In this document: piece by piece, positions 62,884-64,000 of the stretch | Layout: each line of letters starts with the position of its first letter | Position numbering within the stretch: position 1 is the stretch's first letter | DNA from: Crocinitomicaceae bacterium | GTDB lineage: Bacteria; Bacteroidota; Bacteroidia; Flavobacteriales_D; Crocinitomicaceae | Assembly (NCBI GenBank): GCA_036825545.1 | Contig: DAISYB010000020.1 | Location: forward strand, 11-64,010 | Direction of reading: 5' to 3' | Length of the DNA: 64,000 nt | The notes under the pieces: generated by a model | Told to the model about the DNA's origin: nothing | Databases searched by the model: none | The model's input: the letters and a program-made list of their open reading frames with translations, nothing else | Position numbers and translations under genes: made by a program

Positions 62884-64000
62884 AACCTTGCTCGTGCAAA
62901 CCCAAATGCTGCCGAGATACTATTTGAATTTTGTGTAAAGAATGTCAAAGCATCGTAGGACGAAATTCCAAATTCGTATGCCCCATCTTTAAGAATAAAA
63001 TTAATTCCAACTGGAACGTTATTTCGGTAGATGCCACCACCAAAATAACCAGCGCTTATACCAATCCATTTTACAGGACGAACCTCACCTCCCAAAGCTA
63101 CAATTGGATTCACAATTCCTCCAGGATTAGTTCTGTCAAACGGTGCAACTACATCAAAACCAAAACGAGCAATTTTTCCTAAATCTAAGCTCGCTCCAAA
63201 ACGAAAATTCGCTGCATTTTTTAGCACATATTTTTCTTGACCTTCCAATTGAAAAATTGAACCTTCGCGCAAAAATTGATTCGTGCTTTGAGTTACATTG
63301 TAATCCGATAAGCCATTCAAATCGAGCTCAAAGACCAAAGTATCCTTCACACTATATACATTTCGATTGTAGGTAACCTGCCCAATATTATTAACGGATG
63401 CAGCAATTCGAAGGTTATTAAACAGAATCACACTCGCAGAAAGATCTATTCCATAACCATTACCAACGGCAGAAGGCAAAAGATTACCTTCTTTCACGTA
63501 ATTTGAAGGATTTCCTGCTGCTGCCGCTCCATAATCTATATTAAAATTGGGGGACATAGAGGCGTTCATATTGAATCCTTCATCAGTTGATTCCAAATTA
63601 AACATTGCCATCGACTGAATGAATCGCCCACCAATACCCGCGTAAACAACAAAAACTGAATCTTTACCAAAGATTTTTCTTCCGTAACCAAAATTGTAAT
63701 AGCGATTCCAAACTGACCTGATTTCAGATCCCTTCGTTATCTGACTAATATTTAACGGAGTTGAAACTTTACCTGAAATGACTCCATTCAGGGTATCTTG
63801 TGAAAGATTTGGGTTATTCGCAATGACTGAAGTATCACCGTCAATTACTACTGTTAACGAATCAAAATAAGACGCCAATTTACCTTTGAATAGAATATCG
63901 GTCAAATCTTCATTCAATCGTGAATACCACTGGTAACTTTCACGCACATTAAAGGCAATTCCTCCAAGTTTTTCATTTTGATATGCAAATCCACCCCAGT
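62880..64000 (-). CDS. Outer-membrane beta-barrel-like protein (DUF5723-like), N-terminus outside the window
   Basis: The reading frame stays open to position 64000. The sequence alternates aromatic and glycine-rich beta-strands and ends in ..AAFGFARARF. Confidence 0.5.
   Translation of the reverse strand, partial: WGGFAYQNEKLGGIAFNVRESYQWYSRLNEDLTDILFKGKLASYFDSLTVVIDGDTSVIANNPNLSQDTLNGVISGKVSTPLNISQITKGSEIRSVWNRYYNFGYGRKIFGKDSVFVVYAGIGGRFIQSMAMFNLESTDEGFNMNASMSPNFNIDYGAAAAGNPSNYVKEGNLLPSAVGNGYGIDLSASVILFNNLRIAASVNNIGQVTYNRNVYSVKDTLVFELDLNGLSDYNVTQSTNQFLREGSIFQLEGQEKYVLKNAANFRFGASLDLGKIARFGFDVVAPFDRTNPGGIVNPIVALGGEVRPVKWIGISAGYFGGGIYRNNVPVGINFILKDGAYEFGISSYDALTFFTQNSNSISAAFGFARARF

Overview
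This 64-kb window comes from a Bacteroidota (Flavobacteriia-like) chromosome. The assignment rests on T9SS C-terminal sorting domains, a PorD/DUF4835-like gene, BamD, a type-B L31, TAnnTTTG -7 promoter boxes, weak or absent Shine-Dalgarno sequences, and many ATGA start/stop overlaps. From about 4.8 kb to the end the content is ordinary core genome: lpxH, lpxK, gatB, purT, menB, mdh, recN, coaBC, rpoZ, bamD, dapA, ligA, prmC, lgt and trhO, plus a few unusual genes. The first ~4.75 kb is different. It is visibly more AT-rich and is organised as three consecutive gene units, each followed by a member of one family of imperfect-palindrome elements. For two units, the first 10 nt of the unit are the exact reverse complement of the 10 nt that precede the hairpin at the end of the same unit. 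That is the signature of integron gene cassettes (a split R' core pairing with R''). I read this region as the distal end of an integron-type cassette array whose integrase, if present, lies upstream of the window. Cassette 1 carries a tightly coupled Dam-family m6A methylase and a ~760-aa protein that fuses a PD-(D/E)xK nuclease core, a DGQHR (DndB/ParB-like) domain and a C-terminal HEPN Rx4H motif. This is the best candidate here for an uncharacterised methylation-linked anti-phage system. Cassette 2 is a HigB/HigA-like toxin-antitoxin pair with its own palindromic operator and promoter. Cassette 3 encodes a small lipoprotein. Other points worth a second look are: a full-length plant-type methionine S-methyltransferase (methyltransferase plus aminotransferase-like domains, 1056 aa); a translationally coupled Rpe-like/CBS, DAHP-synthase, KdsC-like operon; an ECF sigma paired with a membrane-anchored protein that ends in a T9SS type-B-like domain; an 8-bp tandem repeat; and a recurrent arrangement of -7 box, 4-5 nt, then ATG, which suggests leaderless mRNAs. 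I recognised no rRNA, tRNA, CRISPR array, transposase or integrase in the window.
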